64,000 nt of DNA from Pseudomonadota bacterium (GCA_038745065.1 JBCDLT010000024.1:19346-83345), one strand, 5' to 3'; counted from the stretch's first letter, positions 21,300 through 32,389 are shown. Numbers and translations are program-made. Notes: generated by a model from the letters alone, not told the origin.

Positions 21300-21406
21300 A
21301 CCCTTCGGAAAGCGTGGGATTCCCCTCGGTTCATCGGACCTTCTGTCTTCCTCCCTGGCGCCTCGGCGCCGACTTTCAAACCCGGGCACCGCGCCCGGGT
21401 TCTTTT
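21300..21406 (+). ncRNA. Candidate alpha-r8/suhB/MmgR-like small RNA (5' end uncertain)
   Basis: TCTTCCTCCCT anti-SD motif, then GACTT and terminator AACCCGGGC-ACCGC-GCCCGGGTT-CTTTT in an intergenic region. Confidence 0.5.
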
Positions 21407-21465
21407 CGTCGGTCCCCCGGGTCCTCTTCGTCGTTTCGAATGAAGAGTTTCAGGCCGCCAAGCCG

Positions 21466-22281
21466 TCAGCCGAAGTCGAAATCGGCGATGACCGGTGCGT
21501 GGTCGGAGGGTTTTTCCCAGCCGCGGGCTGGCTTGTGGACATCGACCGAGCGCAGGGCCGGGTGCAGATCCTGCGTGATCCAGACGTGGTCGAGCCGCCG
21601 CCCCTTGTCCGACTTTTCCCAATTCGGTGAACGGTAGCTCCACCACGTGTAAAGCCGTTCTTCGGGCGGGATGTGGCTGCGCATGGCATCGACCCAGCCG
21701 CCGTCGGCCAGGACACGGTTGAGGCCGTCGGTCTCGACCGGCGTATGGCTGACGACTTTGAGCAATTGCTTGTGCGACCATACATCGGTTTCGAGCGGGG
21801 CGATGTTGAGATCGCCGACCAGGATCGTGCGGGAGCGGGAACTGCGGTCGGCAGCATAGCGGGCCTGCATCTCGTCGACGAAGGCGAGCTTGTGTGCGAA
21901 TTTCGGGTTGGCCTTGACGTCCGGGACGTCACCGCCCGCCGGAACGTAATAGTTCTCCACATTGATGTGCGCGCCGCCGATTTCCACGTCGGCAGCAATG
22001 TGCCGGGCATCGGTCTGATCGCAGAAATGGCGGCGGGTGACGTTCTCAAGCGGATGACGCGAGACCAGGGCGACGCCGTGATAGCCTTTCTGGCCGTGCA
22101 CTGCGCAATGTTCGTACCCGGTCTTGCGGATAGCAGCGAGGGGGAATTCGCCATCGCGGCACTTGATCTCCTGAAGGCACAGGATATCGGGCTCGAACTC
22201 CTTCAGGAGGCGCTCGACCAAACCGATCCGCAGCCGGACCGAGTTGATGTTCCAGGTGACAATTCGAAATGCGGAGGCCAT
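21466..22281 (-). CDS. xthA: Exodeoxyribonuclease III
   Basis: VTWNINSVRLR, LCLQEIK, GDLNIAP, YTWWSYR, RRLDHVW, SDHAPV. Confidence 0.95.
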   Translation of the reverse strand: MASAFRIVTWNINSVRLRIGLVERLLKEFEPDILCLQEIKCRDGEFPLAAIRKTGYEHCAVHGQKGYHGVALVSRHPLENVTRRHFCDQTDARHIAADVEIGGAHINVENYYVPAGGDVPDVKANPKFAHKLAFVDEMQARYAADRSSRSRTILVGDLNIAPLETDVWSHKQLLKVVSHTPVETDGLNRVLADGGWVDAMRSHIPPEERLYTWWSYRSPNWEKSDKGRRLDHVWITQDLHPALRSVDVHKPARGWEKPSDHAPVIADFDFG

Positions 22282-22488
22282 GGATATCCGATCGTGATGG
22301 GCATGGGGGTTGGCGCGGGGACCGCGCGTGGACAATGCGCGGCGCCATTCTGGCCCGAGGGCTTACCATACCCTGTCAGCAAACGACATGCGTGCCGCCG
22401 CCGGACATAGGCGCGCCGGCATCGACATGTGTGAGGCGGGGAATCCGCGTGTCAGACGTTCGTTCCGGCAGTGACTAAAGGCGGTGCG

Positions 22489-23154
22489 TCACTGGTTGCC
22501 GCCGAGCGGTCTTTCGCGCAGATATTGGATGTTGAAGCGGCGCGGATTGACCGGCTTGTCTTTTTCCACGTTGTAGATCGCGACCGAGGTGTCGAGGCCC
22601 TGGGCGTCGGTGACGGTCCATTGGCGCAATTCGTGGGTGTCGCCGTCAAAGATCATGGTCAGCGTGCCTTCGCCGAACAGCGTCGATTCCTTGACCACCA
22701 CGGTGATGATGTCGGAGGCGATGGCGATATCCATCACGTTCGACGTGGACACCAGATCGATATCCTCGCTCAGAAGGAAGCGCAGCGGCGTGCGTTTCAA
22801 CGGCCACAGGTCTTGGGTGTCGCGGCGCTTGTCGCGAATCGCAATCGACTTTCCGTCCGAGACGATGTCGACCTGGGCCGGCGGGGCGTAGACGAAATGG
22901 ATCTTGCCGGGACGCTGCAGCGCGAACGTGCCTTCGATGCGCGACCCGTCAGGACCGAACTGGATGAACTCGCCGGTCAATGTCCGGAACGAATTCAGAT
23001 AGGCATTGATGGACGAGACGGCGCTGTCGCGATCGGGCGCCGTTTCGGCGCGGACCGGCCCGGAAGGCGCCGGGATCTGCAAGAAAAGCGCGGCAGCCAA
23101 CAGGCCGAGTGAGAGGGTCAGCCGACGGGCGGCCGGGATGCGCCGGAGGTTCAT
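22489..23154 (-). CDS. lolA: Outer-membrane lipoprotein carrier LolA family
   Basis: GEFIQFGPDG, LQRPGKIHFVY, TPLRFLL, LRQWTVTDAQG; ftsK-lolA-xth order. Confidence 0.88.
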   Translation of the reverse strand: MNLRRIPAARRLTLSLGLLAAALFLQIPAPSGPVRAETAPDRDSAVSSINAYLNSFRTLTGEFIQFGPDGSRIEGTFALQRPGKIHFVYAPPAQVDIVSDGKSIAIRDKRRDTQDLWPLKRTPLRFLLSEDIDLVSTSNVMDIAIASDIITVVVKESTLFGEGTLTMIFDGDTHELRQWTVTDAQGLDTSVAIYNVEKDKPVNPRRFNIQYLRERPLGGNQ

Positions 23155-23294
23155 GGGCTTGCCTTCATCCAATGATTTCGTGACGGTCCGGCCCGGACGG
23201 GATCCAGCCTGGATAGGCTTCGATACTCGGAGAATCGCGGTCCGTCCGGGTGTCTATCCTGTTTCAATATGGCGCGAACATGACGGGTCGGCCC

Positions 23295-26003
23295 TCACAT
23301 TTCGTCGCCGGTTTCAACCAATATCTCGCGTTTGCCGGCATGATTGGCCGGACCGATCAGCCCTTCCTGTTCCATGCGCTCGATGATCGAGGCCGCGCGG
23401 TTGTAGCCGATCGAAAGCCGCCTTTGTACATAACTGGTGGACGCTTTCTTGTCGCGCAAGACGATTGCGACCGCCTGTTCGTACAGGTCGCCGCCTTCCG
23501 CTTCGCCGCCGCCGGCCTCGTCTGCGGACCCCGGATCGACTTCGTCCTCGTCGGTAATCGCCTCCAAATATTGCGGCACACCTTGGCTTTTCAGGTGATT
23601 GACGACCTTTTCGACCTCGTCGTCGGACACGAACGGGCCGTGCACCCGCTGAATGCGACCGCCTCCGGCCATGTACAGCATGTCGCCCATGCCGAGCAAT
23701 TGTTCGGCGCCCTGTTCCCCGAGAATCGTGCGGCTGTCGATCTTTGAGGTTACCTGGAACGAGATCCGCGTCGGGAAGTTGGCCTTGATGGTGCCGGTGA
23801 TGACGTCGACCGAAGGGCGCTGGGTCGCCATGATGATATGGATGCCGGCCGCCCGCGCCATCTGCGCGAGGCGCTGGATCGCGCCTTCGATGTCTTTGCC
23901 GGCGACGATCATCAGGTCGGCCATTTCGTCGACAATGACGACAATGAAGGGCATCGGCGACAGATCGAGCTCTTCCTGCTCGTAGATCGCCTCGCCGGTT
24001 TCGCGGTCGAAACCGGTCTGAATCGTGCGGGTAATGACTTCGCCCTTGGCTTCGGCCTGGCGGACCCGGTTGTTATAGCCGTCGATGTTGCGCACACCGA
24101 GCTTGGACATCTTCTTGTACCGGTCCTCCATCTCGCGCACCGTCCATTTCAGCGCGACGACGGCCTTTTTCGGATCCGTCACGACCGGGGTCTGGAGGTG
24201 CGGGATTCCGTCATAGACCGACAATTCCAGCATCTTGGGGTCGACCATGATCAGCTTGCACTCGTCCGGCTTCAGCCGGTAGAGCAGCGAGGCGATCATG
24301 GTGTTGATGGCCACCGACTTGCCCGAGCCGGTGGTGCCGGCCACAAGAAGGTGCGGCATGCGGGCAAGGTCGGCGATCACAGGCTCGCCGCCGATGGTCT
24401 TGCCGAGACAAAGGGCGAGCTTCGCCTTCGATTTCTCGAACTGTTCGGACGCCAGCGATTCGCGTAAATAAACGGTCTCCCGGCGTGGATTGGGAAGCTC
24501 GATGCCGATCGCATTCTTGCCCGGGATCACGGCGACACGGGCGGAAATCGCGCTCATCGACCGGGCGATGTCGTCGGCCAGCCCAATGACGCGTGACGAC
24601 TTGATGCCCGGTGCCGGCTCCAGTTCGTACAGCGTGACGACCGGTCCCGGCCGGACGTTGATGATATCGCCGCGGACGCCGAAATCCTCCAGGACCCCCT
24701 CCAGAATCCGGGCATTCTGTTCCAGTGCCTCGTTGCTCATGGAGGCGTCGCGGCGCAGCGCCTTCGGCTCGCTCAGGACATGCAGCGGCGGGAATTCGAA
24801 TTCCTCGGGCGCAAGCAGCGACCCCTGCGCCTCGCGGATGACACGTTTGCCGGGTTTTGCCGGCGGCGCCTTTTGCGTCACCCGCGGCGGTGCCGTCTGC
24901 AGGCCCGGCTGTTCGGCGGCCGGATTACCGACCCGCGGTTGCGCGACCGCCGGTTCGTCGACGTCGAGGCCGGCACCCGCGTTTCCGGGTGGCGGGACTT
25001 CGGCGACCAGGTCGTCGTCAAGCCCGTCATAGTCGCCATAACCGGGGTCGATCGCCCCGCCGGGATCCATGGCATTGCCGCGGCCGAACGCCGGCTCGGC
25101 GCGATCGCCGGAATAGAACTCATCCAGGCCGTCATCCGGTTCAAGCAGCGATTCGCGGACTTTCGAGACCCACGATGTCGGACGGTCCGGTTTCTGCGGC
25201 GCCGGTCTGGACCCGGTTGCCCGGCGCAATTGGGCGCGGGCCATGAGCGTCCAGTGGAAGAGCGCACCCAAACCGGTGCTGGCGCGCGACAGGAGCGATT
25301 GCCGCTGTTCGGCGTCGTCGTCGTAACCGTCGTCCTCGAAATCGTCGATATCGAAAGCCGGTTCATGCGCCTCCGCCGGCTTCTTGCGACCCATAAGGCT
25401 GCGGCGGGCGCGACCCGCCTCGCTGCGCAGGTGGCGGACCGACAGGCCGCAGGCATGCACGACACAGGACAGCATCGCGCCGCCAAGTAGGAGACCGGCA
25501 ACGACCTTGACAATGCCGTCCGCGCCGGCACCCGCGACAAGCAGCGGCACTTTCAGGATCCAGTCGCCGATGACGCCACCCAGACCGAGCGGCAGCGGCC
25601 ATGCGGCCGATACCGGGAGGCAGGCAAAAAAACCGGCGCCGATCACGACACTTGCCAACCAGGCCAGCCCGGCACGCCGCGCCGGACGGGCCGGTGAACC
25701 GTTGATCAGCCTCCAGCCCCAGAAAACGAGCGGCAGCGGCACGAGCACCGAGGCAAGGCCGATAAACTGCATGGCAAGGTCGGACAGGATTGCGCCCGGC
25801 TCACCAAGCACATTGCGCACCGGCCCGGTGGTCGCATGGCTCCAGCTCGGATCTTCGACGGACCAGGTCGCCAGCATCGCCGCAATCATCGCCGCAATCG
25901 CGATGAGCAGAAGGCCGCACGCACCTTCGAAATTGCGGGTCAGGGCATTCTTCAATCTTTGATCGGCGTCGGGCTGGTCGTCCGACGTTCGAAGCAGCGG
26001 CAT
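23295..26003 (-). CDS. ftsK: DNA translocase FtsK
   Basis: N-terminal TM domain, [27 protein letters not shown], gamma domain [17 protein letters not shown]. Confidence 0.98.
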   Translation of the reverse strand: MPLLRTSDDQPDADQRLKNALTRNFEGACGLLLIAIAAMIAAMLATWSVEDPSWSHATTGPVRNVLGEPGAILSDLAMQFIGLASVLVPLPLVFWGWRLINGSPARPARRAGLAWLASVVIGAGFFACLPVSAAWPLPLGLGGVIGDWILKVPLLVAGAGADGIVKVVAGLLLGGAMLSCVVHACGLSVRHLRSEAGRARRSLMGRKKPAEAHEPAFDIDDFEDDGYDDDAEQRQSLLSRASTGLGALFHWTLMARAQLRRATGSRPAPQKPDRPTSWVSKVRESLLEPDDGLDEFYSGDRAEPAFGRGNAMDPGGAIDPGYGDYDGLDDDLVAEVPPPGNAGAGLDVDEPAVAQPRVGNPAAEQPGLQTAPPRVTQKAPPAKPGKRVIREAQGSLLAPEEFEFPPLHVLSEPKALRRDASMSNEALEQNARILEGVLEDFGVRGDIINVRPGPVVTLYELEPAPGIKSSRVIGLADDIARSMSAISARVAVIPGKNAIGIELPNPRRETVYLRESLASEQFEKSKAKLALCLGKTIGGEPVIADLARMPHLLVAGTTGSGKSVAINTMIASLLYRLKPDECKLIMVDPKMLELSVYDGIPHLQTPVVTDPKKAVVALKWTVREMEDRYKKMSKLGVRNIDGYNNRVRQAEAKGEVITRTIQTGFDRETGEAIYEQEELDLSPMPFIVVIVDEMADLMIVAGKDIEGAIQRLAQMARAAGIHIIMATQRPSVDVITGTIKANFPTRISFQVTSKIDSRTILGEQGAEQLLGMGDMLYMAGGGRIQRVHGPFVSDDEVEKVVNHLKSQGVPQYLEAITDEDEVDPGSADEAGGGEAEGGDLYEQAVAIVLRDKKASTSYVQRRLSIGYNRAASIIERMEQEGLIGPANHAGKREILVETGDEM

Positions 26004-26204
26004 GGTCACCCGGTCCGGTCTGGGGCCTACAACACATCCCAAGGACGTCCGATGCCGTCGTGACAGCGAATCCGCGGCCCCGCGACGCCCTCTTCGTAAA
26101 AGCGGTCTGCCGGCCGATCGAACGCGGAAATCCGCGCAAACGCCTTCGATCGGCACAGTCGGGGCGCGCTCGACCACGCCCTCGAGGACCCTATCAAGGG
26201 TTTG

Positions 26205-26220
26205 GTTAACCGTGTTTTAA
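26205..26220 (-). promoter_or_regulatory. CtrA box upstream of ftsK
   Basis: Minus strand TTAA-AACACGG-TTAAC, exact TTAA-N7-TTAAC, about 200 bp upstream of ftsK start. Confidence 0.7.
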
Positions 26221-26261
26221 CCGGGCGGGATGCGGCTGCCTGTAAGGTCCGTCTTTTCCGT

Positions 26262-27314
26262 TCAGGGCGCCGGGTTGCAATGCCGCTGGTGGATGGCGTT
26301 GATCGCGGTTTCCAGGTCTGAATCCAGTCGGATAGCGGCCGCCGACAGATCGTCGTCCAATTGTTCAAGTGTTGTTGCGCCGATGATCACCGAGGTGGTG
26401 AAAGATCGCGACGCCACGAACGCGAGCGCAAGCTGCGCCGGCGTCATGCCGGATGCCTGCGCCAGGTCGACATAGGCCGCATAGGCTTCCTGCGATCCCG
26501 GCTTTTCATAACGTTGCTGCCGATTGAACAGAGTGCGGCGGGCCGCCCTCGGGCGGGCCCCGTTCAGGTATTTTCCGGTCAGAAATCCCTGGGCCAGCGG
26601 CGAATAGGCGAGGAGGCCGACCTTTTCGCGGTCTGCTATTTCGGCAAGTCCGGTCTCGAACGTCCGGTTGACCAGGGAATAGGCGTTTTGGATCGACTGG
26701 ACCCGCGCGGTCCCATTGCTGTCCGACGCCTGGAGATACCGCATCGTGCCCCAGGCGCTTTCGTTCGACAGACCGATGGCGCGCACCTTGCCGGATTTTA
26801 CCAGATCGGTCAGCGCGTCCAGCGTCTCGTCGATGGGTGTTTCATCATCATGCCGGTCGACGCCCTTCCAGACCGTGGGATTGCCGCCGAAAGCGGAAAT
26901 GTCGCGATCCGGCCAATGCACCTGATAGAGGTCCACGTAATCCGTCCGCAGGCGGCGCAGGGATGCATCGATCGCTTCATTGATCTGGGCCCGCGTCAGG
27001 CGCGCCGGACTGGCATCGGCCCGAAACCAGGTATTCTTCGACCGACCGACGACCTTGGTCGCAAGCACGATATCGGCCCGGCGGCCGGATCGCTGCAGCC
27101 AGGTTCCCAGGATCTCCTCGCTGCGTCCCTGCGTGTCGGGCAACGGCGGAATGGCATAGAGTTCGGCGGTATCGATGAAATTGACGCCGGCGTCGAGGGC
27201 GCGGTCGATCTGCGCGTGGCCTTCGCGTTCGGTGTTCTGGTCGCCCCAGTTCATCGATCCCAGACACAGCACGCTGACATCGATGCCGCTGGTGCCCAAT
27301 GGTCTTTTTTGCAT
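26262..27314 (-). CDS. NADP(H)-dependent aldo/keto reductase (Tas-like)
   Basis: GVNFIDTAELY, DYVDLYQVHWPDR, IGLSNE, SIQNAYSL, LAYSPLAQGFLTGKY. Confidence 0.93.
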   Translation of the reverse strand: MQKRPLGTSGIDVSVLCLGSMNWGDQNTEREGHAQIDRALDAGVNFIDTAELYAIPPLPDTQGRSEEILGTWLQRSGRRADIVLATKVVGRSKNTWFRADASPARLTRAQINEAIDASLRRLRTDYVDLYQVHWPDRDISAFGGNPTVWKGVDRHDDETPIDETLDALTDLVKSGKVRAIGLSNESAWGTMRYLQASDSNGTARVQSIQNAYSLVNRTFETGLAEIADREKVGLLAYSPLAQGFLTGKYLNGARPRAARRTLFNRQQRYEKPGSQEAYAAYVDLAQASGMTPAQLALAFVASRSFTTSVIIGATTLEQLDDDLSAAAIRLDSDLETAINAIHQRHCNPAP

Positions 27315-27339
27315 GTGAATGAATGCCCCCTGCTGACCC

Positions 27340-28032
27340 TTACCCGGATTGCCGGTCGCGTACCCGCGCAATCAGTTCTTCGACAAGCGGTCGAATCCTT
27401 TCGACGATGATCGCAACGCCTTCGGCGGTCGGATGCATGCCGTCGGGCAGGTTGAGCGAAGGGTCCGCCGCCACACCTTCGAGAAAGAACGGGTAAAGCA
27501 GCGCGCCGTGCCGCTCCGCCAGCCGCGCAAAGATCGAATCGAAGGCGGTTGCATAATCGGCGCCCAGATTGGGCGGTGCGCGCATGCCGGCAATCAGCAC
27601 TTCGACACCGCGATCGGCGAGCTTTTGCAGAATCGTGTCGAGCGCTTTTTCGGTGGTTTCCGGCGGCAGGCCGCGCAAGGCATCGTTGGCGCCCAGTTCC
27701 AGGATGACCGCGTCGACATTGTCGTCAAGCGCCCAGTCGAGCCGGGCGAGGCCGGCTTTTGTTGTATCGCCCGAAACGCCGGCATTGATCACCGTCAGAC
27801 CGGGATAGTCGGGCGCGAGCGCTGCTTGAAGTTGTGCCGGGAAGGCAGCCCCGGCCGGCAATTGGTACCCTGCCACCAGGCTGTCGCCGAAGGCCACGAT
27901 GCGGATCGTCTCCGGGGTCGCGGCCCGTCCGGCGGTTGCCAGACTGGCCAAAAGCACCGCCAGTGCTAGGTAATTATGAACTTTCATTAAGGTGATCGTC
28001 CTCGCGAATCGTGCGTATATTCTGGCAGACAT
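27340..28032 (-). CDS. tesA: SGNH arylesterase/acyl-CoA thioesterase I (TesA-like)
   Basis: FGDSLVAGY, NAGVSGDTT, ELGANDALRG, DGMHP; divergent from ybbA; start could be 27987. Confidence 0.9.
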   Translation of the reverse strand: MSARIYARFARTITLMKVHNYLALAVLLASLATAGRAATPETIRIVAFGDSLVAGYQLPAGAAFPAQLQAALAPDYPGLTVINAGVSGDTTKAGLARLDWALDDNVDAVILELGANDALRGLPPETTEKALDTILQKLADRGVEVLIAGMRAPPNLGADYATAFDSIFARLAERHGALLYPFFLEGVAADPSLNLPDGMHPTAEGVAIIVERIRPLVEELIARVRDRQSG

Positions 28033-28135
28033 GCACTTCAGTGCCCCCATCACGGCCGAAACCGCGGCGATGCCTTCGGCATTGTCGTATCTCCGAACCG
28101 ACCGCCCGCAGCCATACCATATAGGGTAGACCGCC

Positions 28136-28831
28136 TTGTCCGAACCAGTTGTCTTTCTGAATGACGTGCATTTGAGCCTCGGGACCGGGGCGTCGCACGT
28201 CCACATCCTGCGCGGCGTCAACCTGTCGATCGACGGCGGCGAATCCGTCGGCATTGTCGGGCCCTCGGGATCGGGCAAGACCACGCTCCTCATGGTGCTG
28301 GCCGGGCTGGAACAGGCGGATAGCGGGGAGGTCAGGGTTGCCGGCGAGGATCTGCGCGCGATCGGAGAGGATGCGCTCGCCCGGTTTCGCGGTCGGTCGG
28401 TCGGCATCGTGTTTCAGTCGTTTCATCTGATCCCGAACATGACGGCGCTGGAAAACGTCGCCGTGCCGCTGGAACTGGCCGGCTTTGACGCGCCGTTCGA
28501 TCGCGCCCGCGAAGAATTGGGGCTGGTCGGCCTCGCCGACCGCACGACCCATTATCCGACCGAATTGTCCGGCGGTGAGCAGCAGCGTGTCGCGATCGCC
28601 CGGGCGCTGGCGCCCGAACCGCGGCTCATGATCGCTGACGAGCCAACCGGCAATCTGGACGAGGCAACGGGCGAACAGATCATCAAGCTGATGTTCGATG
28701 CGGTCGCGGAACGTTCCATGACGCTTGCGCTGGTCACCCACGATACGGGCCTGGCCCGGCGCTGCGACCGGATGGTGCGGGTCCGGCTCGGCGAAATCGA
28801 AACCGGCCAGCCGGCAATGGCGGAAGCGTGA
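28136..28831 (+). CDS. ABC ATP-binding protein (YbbA-like)
   Basis: GPSGSGKT, LSGGEQQRVAIARA, ADEPTGNLD. Confidence 0.92.
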   Translation: MSEPVVFLNDVHLSLGTGASHVHILRGVNLSIDGGESVGIVGPSGSGKTTLLMVLAGLEQADSGEVRVAGEDLRAIGEDALARFRGRSVGIVFQSFHLIPNMTALENVAVPLELAGFDAPFDRAREELGLVGLADRTTHYPTELSGGEQQRVAIARALAPEPRLMIADEPTGNLDEATGEQIIKLMFDAVAERSMTLALVTHDTGLARRCDRMVRVRLGEIETGQPAMAEA

Positions 28832-31413
28832 GCGCGATGCCGTCCTTTGCGCCGGTACGCAATCCGGCGGGCTGGTCGACGGCCTGGCGGTTTGCCTTGC
28901 GGGAATTGCGCGGCGGGCTCCGGGGCTTCTACGTCTTTCTCGCCTGTATCGCGCTCGGCTCGATGACGATTGCCGGGGTGAACTCGGTCTCCCGGGCGAT
29001 GATCGACGGCATTCTTGCTGAAGGGCAGACCATTCTCGGCGGCGATGTGTCGTTTTCGCTGATCCATCGGCAGGCGGAATCGGATGAACGCGCCTACCTG
29101 GAATCGCTCGGGGCGATGTCCCGAATTGCCACCCTGCGCGCCATGGCCCGCAAACCGGACACGCTCGACCAGACCCTGGTGGAGATCAAGGCGGTGGATG
29201 ACGTCTATCCGCTTTACGGCACGATGCGCCTGGCGGAGGGCGGGACGCTGGAGGAAGCGCTTGCGGCCGAGGCATCCGAATTCGGCGGCGTTGTGGACGT
29301 GGCGCTGCTCGCCCGTCTCGGCCTTGCCGTGGGCGACCGTATCACGATCGGTGAGGCCACCATTCGCATCGGTTCCGTGATCGAGACCGAACCGGACCGC
29401 GTCGGCGGCGGGATCGGCTTCGGTCCGCGTCTGATGATCTCCCACGCCGCACTTGAAGCGTCCGAGTTGGTCCAACCCGGCAGTCTCGTGCGCTGGCACT
29501 ACCGGATCCGGCTGTCGGAAGCCGGCCCGTCGTCGATGGGGCCGGTGCGGGCGCTGATTGCGGATGCGCGCGAACAATTCCCGAAGGCCGGCTGGCGCAT
29601 CCGCTCCTACGCCAATGCCGCGCCCGGCCTGCAACGCCAGATTCAGCGGTTTTCGGAGTTCCTGACGCTGGTCGGGCTGACCGCACTCATCATCGGCGGG
29701 GTCGGCGTCGCCAATGCAGTGCGCGCCTTTCTCGATTCAAAACGATCGGTCATCGCCACATTCAAGTGTCTCGGGGCACCCGGCGGTTTTGTGTTCCGGG
29801 TCTATCTCATCCAGATCATGCTGTTGGCGGCGGCCGGCATTGCCGCAGGACTGGTGCCGGGGGCCATCGCGCCCTTCATAGCGGGCAGTTTTCTCGCCGA
29901 GATCCTGCCGATCGGCGACCATATCCGGGTGTATCCGGACGCGCTGGCGCTCGCCGTGGTCTATGGGTTCCTGACCGCTCTCGCCTTTGCCCTGTGGCCC
30001 CTTGGCAGGGCCCACGACGTCCCGCCGACCGCTCTGTTCCGCGAGCGGGCCGGCGATACCGGTCGAGCCCCGCGGCTGGCCTATCTGCTTGCGATGGCGC
30101 TCGCCATCGCGTGTCTGGCGGGTCTGGCCATCGTGGTCACGACGGATCCGCGCATTTCGGTGATCTATATCGCGGCGACAGCCGGTGCCTTCGTCCTGTT
30201 GCGCCTTGTCTCTGTCGGCGTCATGGCGGCGGCGCGCCGCGCGCCGCATCCGCGGCTGACGGAAGCCCGCATGGCGCTGTCGAACATCCATCGCCCGGGT
30301 GCCCTGACGCCGTCGGTCATTCTTTCCCTGGGCCTTGGCCTCGCGCTTCTGGTCGCGCTTGCCCTGATCGACGGCAATCTGCGTCATCAATTGACTTCCG
30401 GCCTGCCGGAGCGGGCGCCCAGCTTCTTTTTTGTCGATATCCAGAATTCGGAAGTCGAGGCGTTCGAGGGCCTGCTCGAGCGGGAGGCCGCGACCGGCAC
30501 GGTGCAGCGAGTACCGATGCTGCGCGGACGCATGGTGTCGGTCAAGGGCGTGCCGGCGTCCGAAGTGGAAGCGCCGCCAAATGTTGCCTGGGCCCTGCGC
30601 GGCGATCGCGGCCTGACCTATTCCGATGCCCTACCCAAAAATTCCGAACTGGTGGCTGGATCCTGGTGGGCGGCGGATTACGAGGGCGAGCCGCTGGTCT
30701 CGTTCGAAGACGAAGTTGCGGACGGACTGAACCTGGCCGTCGGCGACCGGGTGACGGTCAACGTGCTCGGGCGGGAAATCACCGCGCGCATAGCCAATAC
30801 CCGGCGCGTGCAATGGGAATCGCTCGCCATCAACTTCGTCATGGTGTTCTCGCCCAATACCTTCGCCGGCGCACCGCACACACATCTGGCAACCGTCACC
30901 TATCCGGAACAGACGGCGCTCGAAGAAGAATTGGACCTTTTGCGGGCCGTCACTGCCGAATTCCCGACAATCACGTCGGTCCGGGTCAAGGACGCGCTCG
31001 ATTCGATCAACGAACTTGTCGGACATCTGGCGACCGCCGTGCGTGTCGCAGCGGCTGTCGCGCTGGTGGCCAGCGTGCTTGTGCTTGCCGGGGCGCTTGC
31101 CGCCGGGCACCGATACCGGATCTACGACGCCGTTATTCTGAAAACAGTGGGCGCCACACGGGGACGTATCATGACGGCCTTCGTGCTGGAATACATGACA
31201 CTCGGGCTCGTGACGGCGATTTTTGCAGTGGTCGCCGGCACGGCGGCCGCCTATGGCGTCCTGGAAGGTGTCATGTCGATCCCGTTCACCTTCATGCCCG
31301 CGACGGCAGTGGCCGCGGTTGCCATCGCCCTGGTGCTGACGGTGGGCTTCGGTCTATTGGGGACATGGCGCGTGCTCGGCCAGAAACCGGCGCCGATCCT
31401 GCGGAATCTCTGA
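28828..31413 (+). CDS. FtsX-like ABC permease (YbbP-like)
   Basis: RFALRELRGG N-terminus, two FtsX-like TM blocks, APSFFFVDIQ; GTGA overlap with ATPase gene. Confidence 0.9.
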   Translation: MSAMPSFAPVRNPAGWSTAWRFALRELRGGLRGFYVFLACIALGSMTIAGVNSVSRAMIDGILAEGQTILGGDVSFSLIHRQAESDERAYLESLGAMSRIATLRAMARKPDTLDQTLVEIKAVDDVYPLYGTMRLAEGGTLEEALAAEASEFGGVVDVALLARLGLAVGDRITIGEATIRIGSVIETEPDRVGGGIGFGPRLMISHAALEASELVQPGSLVRWHYRIRLSEAGPSSMGPVRALIADAREQFPKAGWRIRSYANAAPGLQRQIQRFSEFLTLVGLTALIIGGVGVANAVRAFLDSKRSVIATFKCLGAPGGFVFRVYLIQIMLLAAAGIAAGLVPGAIAPFIAGSFLAEILPIGDHIRVYPDALALAVVYGFLTALAFALWPLGRAHDVPPTALFRERAGDTGRAPRLAYLLAMALAIACLAGLAIVVTTDPRISVIYIAATAGAFVLLRLVSVGVMAAARRAPHPRLTEARMALSNIHRPGALTPSVILSLGLGLALLVALALIDGNLRHQLTSGLPERAPSFFFVDIQNSEVEAFEGLLEREAATGTVQRVPMLRGRMVSVKGVPASEVEAPPNVAWALRGDRGLTYSDALPKNSELVAGSWWAADYEGEPLVSFEDEVADGLNLAVGDRVTVNVLGREITARIANTRRVQWESLAINFVMVFSPNTFAGAPHTHLATVTYPEQTALEEELDLLRAVTAEFPTITSVRVKDALDSINELVGHLATAVRVAAAVALVASVLVLAGALAAGHRYRIYDAVILKTVGATRGRIMTAFVLEYMTLGLVTAIFAVVAGTAAAYGVLEGVMSIPFTFMPATAVAAVAIALVLTVGFGLLGTWRVLGQKPAPILRNL

Positions 31414-31508
31414 TGGGAACGGCGCCGTGCGTTTCCCTTCGGTCATCTCGCGTTAACCGCGATAGTTTCTGTCACCGATTTGCCGCACGCTTTCCGGTAC
31501 AGTACGGA

Positions 31509-31537
31509 CTTGTCCTTATGCAGGACTCGGCCCATAT
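31509..31537 (+). promoter_or_regulatory. RpoH/sigma70-like promoter of yccA-like gene
   Basis: CTTGTC-N16-CCCATAT. Confidence 0.45.
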
Positions 31538-31606
31538 TAAGTTCGGGAAGGCCGCTTTTGCGGCCTATTGGTCGTTCCATGTCTGGTGAACAAAGAGGGA
31601 TTACAC

Positions 31607-32389
31607 ATGGCCAACTATGAGCGCGATCGCACCGCGCAGTTCGGTACTGCCGGCCGCGTTGCGGACGGCGCGATCGATGAGGGTTTGCGCGCCTACATGC
31701 TGGGCGTCTACAATTATATGGCGATCGGCCTTGCGATCACCGGGATCGCGGCTCTGGTCATCGCCAATCTCGCAGTTACGAACGATCCGTCGCAGGCTGC
31801 CGCGCAATTCCGTGACGGCGTATATCTGACCAGCCTGGGATACGCGATCTATGCCAGCCCGCTGAAATGGGTGGTCATGCTCGCGCCGCTCGGGGCCGTG
31901 TTCTTCCTGAGCTTCCGGATCAACAGCATGAGCGTGCCCGCCGCGCAGACCACATTCTGGGTCTATGCCGCAATGGTCGGTATCTCGCTGTCGTCGATCT
32001 TCCTGATCTATACGAGCGAAAGCGTCGTTCGGGTGTTCTTCATCACGGCCGCGGCCTTTGGCGGTCTGAGCCTCTACGGCTACACCACGAAGAAAGACCT
32101 GTCGGGCTGGGGATCGTTCCTGATCATGGGCGTGATCGGCATCATCATCGCCATGGTGGTGAATATCTTCCTGCAATCGTCCGCACTGCAATTCGCGATC
32201 TCGGTGATCGGCGTGCTGGTGTTTGCCGGCCTGACGGCGTACGACACGCAGCAGATCAAGGAAATGTACGATGTGCGCGACGACGGCACGATCGCCGGCC
32301 GCAAGTCGATCATGGGGGCCTTGCGTCTCTATCTCGACTTCATCAACATGTTCATCATGCTGCTGAGCCTGTTCGGCAACCGCGAATAG
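31607..32389 (+). CDS. Bax inhibitor-1/YccA family membrane protein
   Basis: DEGLRAYMLGVYNYM, YGYTTKKDLSGWG, TAYDTQQIK, GALRLYLDFIN. Confidence 0.95.
   Translation: MANYERDRTAQFGTAGRVADGAIDEGLRAYMLGVYNYMAIGLAITGIAALVIANLAVTNDPSQAAAQFRDGVYLTSLGYAIYASPLKWVVMLAPLGAVFFLSFRINSMSVPAAQTTFWVYAAMVGISLSSIFLIYTSESVVRVFFITAAAFGGLSLYGYTTKKDLSGWGSFLIMGVIGIIIAMVVNIFLQSSALQFAISVIGVLVFAGLTAYDTQQIKEMYDVRDDGTIAGRKSIMGALRLYLDFINMFIMLLSLFGNRE

Noticed and set aside
21053-21781. 242-aa minus-strand ORF running into the AT-rich tract
   Set aside because: Off-frame overlap with xthA, crosses a terminator hairpin, no protein-like motifs
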